From Bdellovibrionales bacterium (GTDB lineage Bacteria > Bdellovibrionota > Bdellovibrionia > Bdellovibrionales > UBA1609): a stretch of 14,518 nucleotides of DNA. Positions 9,132-14,518 of the stretch are shown here, piece by piece. Within the stretch, counting starts at the first letter, position 1. Each line of letters begins with the position of its first letter. The notes under the pieces are model-generated. The model worked only from the letters and a program-made list of their open reading frames with translations. It had not been told where the DNA came from and searched no databases. A program made the position numbers and the translations under genes. The DNA lies in the NCBI GenBank assembly GCA_965199825.1, contig CBDATP010000002.1, positions 1 through 14,518 on the forward strand, read 5' to 3'.

Positions 9132-10523
9132 TATCTATCGCTGGCATAGCATCGGTGAAAATCTAAAACCTGAGGAAAGAATGGGTTAAATGTGATACAT
9201 ACCGTTACATTACCTCTGACAAAGTCAGTCCCCAATAAGCGTCCCATGGCTTCAGTGATAATATGCCGGAAACCAATGCAGACATTAAGTACAACCAATA
9301 ACGAGGAACCCAAATGAAGAGCGGACGGAAATATTGTCCGCTGACCAAAGGTTGTCGGTGTGTCGAGTGTGCGATACTATCGGTGAGTCTATGACTGCTG
9401 CCGTTTCCACGTCCGGCGCATAGCCAGACGGGCAGAGGACAGGTCTTCGTCGGGTCGTCGTTGACTAAGTGCACACTCTTACACAACCGAACAACCAGTG
9501 GCCACTCACCATTGAGTGACACACCAATGTGGAGCCGAGCCGGTGATACATCTGTAGATTCGGTGACTCGTGTCGTACGTCGAGTGCTGATGAGGCGAAC
9601 GTCGGCGCAGAGGACAGTCATTGTCGGTCATCTGGCGATGGGTCGGACATCGGTCTCGCTGGTGATCACCAATGGTTGACGGACTCCAAATCCAATCCAA
9701 CCCAACATTTGTGTCCCCCGCAAAGGAAGACACACTGGCTCTCAGCGCACATCACCACATTCACCACAGAACAACATATCAGAGACGCTGTTCCTTGTCT
9801 ACTCTGACTAACCGACCGACACCCTCTGTGTCCAGAGCCCAGTGAGACCAATGTTCTCTATTTTAAGAGACAATGGCAGACCGTTGGACCGGCCGACAAG
9901 TGTTGGCAGATGGTAGTGGTCGTCCCTACCGGTCCAGTTTCGCTGCTTATCATATTCTTTTTGTTGCTCACTTTAAACCAGTGTCCAAATGGCGTGAGCT
10001 TTGGTCTGTGGTCCCAATAATATCCAAGTGCACACCCCTTATACCTTTAGCCCCTCGACTATCGCCATCCTACCTATCAGAGCCGATGTTGTTGGCCAAA
10101 AAGAAGTGGTCTCACCGGTTCCAATTGGTTCATTGACCACCTCTTGCATATATGTCGAGCTCCCATACTTGTGGCAGAAAGTGTGGACAGAGGCGGGAGA
10201 CTTTGCGGATTTGGTTATAGCCGTGGCAGATCGGCTTCGCTACTTCTTAGGCGACCCTATCTTGTCACCCCTCCAGATGGTATGAGAGGTCATGTTCGGG
10301 TGGTCGAGGGGTTGTGTGCATGTTATGACAGATATGTCGCGGAAAAGCCGACAGTTGATGGCCTGAAGGCTCGACTAGTCTGTCGTTGAGGTCGATGTTG
10401 ATGACCTAAAGGAGATCAGGATTGAAGGGAAGACATTGGGTTAGTTCTGGTCTGCAATAGGGGGATTGGGGGAGAGAACGGGTTAGAAGAGTTGTAGAAG
10501 TGATGCTATGCCAGCGATAGATA
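9132..10523 (+). ncRNA. Putative structured RNA B, copy 3
   Basis: Near-identical to 2243-3634 and bounded by the 22-bp inverted repeat. Confidence 0.55.
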
Positions 10524-10895
10524 GATAGCCTGTGCTCGGGATGACCAACCAACATCTCTTTCTCTCTCATTCAGTTTAGAATGAAAATTTTAAAAATTGA
10601 AAAACTTAATTGTTACTTTCTACAAAAAACTAATTAAAATTTTCAAACTTTTAAGAGAGAATTTTCGATGAAAATTTACATAAGAACAATGGACAGGTAG
10701 GCTAGTGGATTTTTGAAAAATGTAAGACTTACAAAATGAGTTTTTGGATAGAAGAAAAAGTTGAGTTTGGAATTTGTGGTTGAAATTTTGTGGAAAGCTT
10801 GGGGCAGGGCTGGACTAGTGCGGAATGTAAGGACAAGTTATTTTGTCAAGGGGTTAGGTTTCTAGAGGGGTAAATGTGGGGGAAAATAAAATTAA

Positions 10896-12047
10896 GACAA
10901 TTGTGATTTAATGTTTTGTAGTATTTATTGAGTTGTAGTTAATGGTAAAGTGATTCCAATCGAAGAAATGAATGGTCGCACCTAACCTATGCCCTCCCGC
11001 CCACCCGAGGTTCGATGCTGTGCTATCAAAGCGGAGCCAATTATCATTCGGTTCGAAATCGGTTCCAATTGCTGTTAACTTTGGTATCGCTTCAATCGAA
11101 TCCAATTCATTTGTGTTCGCTTCCATCGAATCGAGTCCATTTGTCTTCGCTTCCATCCAACTGACCGCTGGCTGTAACTGAAACTGTTAACCCCCTGTGC
11201 TAAGCCTAAACCTATTCCTTATTGCCCCCCACCCGTACCTTACTTACTATTTAACCGACTCGACCAGACATAGAGTTGTGAAGACAACAGACAACAGTAA
11301 AATAAATCACTGACCGTTGGATATGTGGACAATTGGTGCCGACAAAAGTGCTCTAAGCTAAAGCTAAGCTAAAGGTAGGGAAGCCGTAACTCTAACTAAT
11401 GCTCAAACAGCCGATAGACTGGCCAACACAGTCGGTCCGCTTTGTCATCTGACCGCTTTTACCCGTAGCTAACCCTAACATCCTGTGTGTAAGCTATCCC
11501 TAAGATTATCGGGTGACGATCAGAACCGAACATCACTTCATCCCTGCACTGGTCGGCCAGCGATGGCTGTGAGCTATGTTCCTGTTGACCTAATCTAAAC
11601 CCTAACCAGTGGCCTAACCTAACAATTCTATCTATCCCTAAGCCAATCAATAGCACTGTCAGCGATAGACAACCCGAAGGAGTCACCTGTCCATCCATGG
11701 TGCGGTGCTGTTCGTCCTACAACTCGATGTCTGGTACACCCCACCCTATCTCTAACCCTTTAACCCTCCCGCCCCTACCCCTAACTCTTCTTCGGCATCG
11801 GTCTTCGATCTTCAGCCATTCGGTTTGCTTGTCTTGACATCCGATGTTTTGCCAGCCCATCGAAGCGAGTGAAGTTAGTATTAGTTTTTGCCACCAATAG
11901 TTGCTAGGAGACGTAGAAGGAAGTTTGCGATTGACTACAACTCTCATGACCACCATTGGGAACAGATACGGCCAATTCTTCGCCGGACGAAAAACAATTC
12001 ATCTAAACCAAGACCTAACGACTTTCCCAAACACAATCATTGTTGTC
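10896..12047 (+). ncRNA. Putative structured RNA A, unit 4 (long allele)
   Basis: Near-identical to 7437-8588. Confidence 0.5.
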
Positions 12048-12591
12048 AATAATTTTTTTCGTCAATTTTTTTAAAATTCAAAGTTACAATATTTCACTTT
12101 ATTTTCATGCTTTCAAAACATAAATATTGACCTGGCTTGAGTTGACATTGGAATTGGAGTGAGGAAATTTGGTAGAAAGCTGGGGGCAGGGCTGGACTAG
12201 TGCGGAATTAAAGGGCAAATTATTATGTCAACGGGTTATGTTTCTAGAAGGGTAAATGTGGGCGAAAATAAAATTATGAAAATTATTATTTGTTGTTTAG
12301 TCGCATTTATTTAGTTTTAGTGATTAGCAAATTAATTCCAACCGAAGAAACAAATGGTCGGAGAAGTAATACACAACTTTATTAAGTCTTTTCGGGTCTC
12401 TAGGGGGGTTACGAATTGGCCGAAATTTCGATATTAGCCTTATTTAAAGTTTAATTACACTAAATTAAAGTTAATTTAGCTAAATTATGATTAAATCCAG
12501 TTAAATTAATGGTTAAATTCACTTCAAGATCCGAAAATTTTCGATTCTATGGGAGTTTCATGGGAACCCCCTTTTAGCCATCTCTAATCCA

Positions 12592-13983
12592 TATCTATCG
12601 CTGGCATAGCATCGGTGAAAATCTAAAACCTGAGGAAAGAATGGGTTAAATGTGATACATACCGTTACATTACCTCTGACAAAGTCAGTCCCCAATAAGC
12701 GTCCCATGGCTTCAGTGATAATATGCCGGAAACCAATGCAGACATTAAGTACAACCAATAACGAGGAACCCAAATGAAGAGCGGACGGAAATATTGTCCG
12801 CTGACCAAAGGTTGTCGGTGTGTCGAGTGTGCGATACTATCGGTGAGTCTATGACTGCTGCCGTTTCCACGTCCGGCGCATAGCCAGACGGGCAGAGGAC
12901 AGGTCTTCGTCGGGTCGTCGTTGACTAAGTGCACACTCTTACACAACCGAACAACCAGTGGCCACTCACCATTGAGTGACACACCAATGTGGAGCCGAGC
13001 CGGTGATACATCTGTAGATTCGGTGACTCGTGTCGTACGTCGAGTGCTGATGAGGCGAACGTCGGCGCAGAGGACAGTCATTGTCGGTCATCTGGCGATG
13101 GGTCGGACATCGGTCTCGCTGGTGATCACCAATGGTTGACGGACTCCAAATCCAATCCAACCCAACATTTGTGTCCCCCGCAAAGGAAGACACACTGGCT
13201 CTCAGCGCACATCACCACATTCACCACAGAACAACATATCAGAGACGCTGTTCCTTGTCTACTCTGACTAACCGACCGACACCCTCTGTGTCCAGAGCCC
13301 AGTGAGACCAATGTTCTCTATTTTAAGAGACAATGGCAGACCGTTGGACCGGCCGACAAGTGTTGGCAGATGGTAGTGGTCGTCCCTACCGGTCCAGTTT
13401 CGCTGCTTATCATATTCTTTTTGTTGCTCACTTTGAACCAGTGTCCAAATGGCGTGAGCTTTGGTCTGTGGTCCCAATAATATCCAAGTGCACACCCCTT
13501 ATACCTTTAGCCCCTCGACTATCGCCATCCTACCTATCAGAGCCGATGTTGTTGGCCAAAAAGAAGTGGTCTCACCGGTTCCAATTGGTTCATTGACCAC
13601 CTCTTGCATATATGTCGAGCTCCCATACTTGTGGCAGAAAGTGTGGACAGAGGCGGGAGACTTTGCGGATTTGGTTATAGCCGTGGCAGATCGGCTTCGC
13701 TACTTCTTAGGCGACCCTATCTTGTCACCCCTCCAGATGGTATGAGAGGTCATGTTCGGGTGGTCGAGGGGTTGTGTGCATGTTATGACAGATATGTCGC
13801 GGAAAAGCCGACAGTTGATGGCCTGAAGGCTCGACTAGTCTGTCGTTGAGGTCGATGTTGATGACCTAAAGGAGATCAGGATTGAAGGGAAGACATTGGG
13901 TTAGTTCTGGTCTGCAATAGGGGGATTGGGGGAGAGAACGGGTTAGAAGAGTTGTAGAAGTGATGCTATGCCAGCGATAGATA
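12592..13983 (+). ncRNA. Putative structured RNA B, copy 4
   Basis: Near-identical to 2243-3634 and bounded by the 22-bp inverted repeat. Confidence 0.55.
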
Positions 13984-14355
13984 GATAGCCTGTGCTCGGG
14001 ATGACCAACCAACATCTCTTTCTCTCTCATTCAGTTTAGAATGAAAATTTTAAAAATTGAAAAACTTAATTGTTACTTTCTACAAAAAACTAATTAAAAT
14101 TTTCAAACTTTTAAGAGAGAATTTTCGATGAAAATTTACATAAGAACAATGGACAGGTAGGCTAGTGGATTTTTGAAAAATGTAAGACTTACAAAATGAG
14201 TTTTTGGATAGAAGAAAAAGTTGAGTTTGGAATTTGTGGTTGAAATTTTGTGGAAAGCTTGGGGCAGGGCTGGACTAGTGCGGAATGTAAGGACAAGTTA
14301 TTTTGTCAAGGGGTTAGGTTTCTAGAGGGGTAAATGTGGGGGAAAATAAAATTAA

Positions 14356-14518
14356 GACAATTGTGATTGTTTTGTAGTATTTATTGAGTTGTAGTTAATG
14401 GTAAAGTGATTCCAATCGAAGAAATGAATGGTCGCACCTAACCTATGCCCTCCCGCCCACCCGAGGTTCGATGCTGTGCTATCAAAGCGGAGCCAATTAT
14501 CATTCGGTTCGAAATCGG
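14356..14518 (+). ncRNA. 5' part of putative RNA A, unit 5 (truncated by window end)
   Basis: Homologous to 621-787, with a 4-bp deletion near 14368. Confidence 0.4.

Larger units (their letters stand above)
1..14518. repeat. Tandem array of a ~3.4-kb unit (4 full copies plus a partial copy; both window ends lie inside the array)
   Basis: TATGAGAGGTCATGTTCGG recurs at 1, 3392, 6822, 10281 and 13741 (periods 3391, 3430, 3459, 3460). The ORF track repeats with the same offsets. Copies differ only by scattered SNPs and short indels. Confidence 0.99.

Noticed and set aside
1..14518. CRISPR array, tRNA, 5S, snRNA or group I/II intron
   Set aside because: No short repeat-unique spacer pattern, cloverleaf or recognisable consensus (domain V, P/Q/R/S set) was seen.

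Overview
The whole window is a head-to-tail tandem array of a ~3.4-kb unit: four full units of 3391, 3430, 3459 and 3460 bp in window phase, plus a partial fifth. No credible protein-coding gene, rRNA, tRNA or CRISPR array is visible, and the ORF track is only short ORFs recurring with the repeat. Each unit alternates AT-rich spacers with two GC-balanced modules, A (~1.1 kb) and B (~1.4 kb). Both modules fold by eye into extensive nested helices whose imperfect pairs are mostly G-U wobbles on the + strand. B is closed by a perfect 22-bp terminal inverted repeat and A by an imperfect terminal stem. Each module lies downstream of, or begins within, its own copy of a ~219-bp element (~82% identical between copies). 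My best reading, which is an inference, is an amplified array of two unrecognised large structured non-coding RNAs with a shared promoter/leader. Host organism and function cannot be determined from this window.
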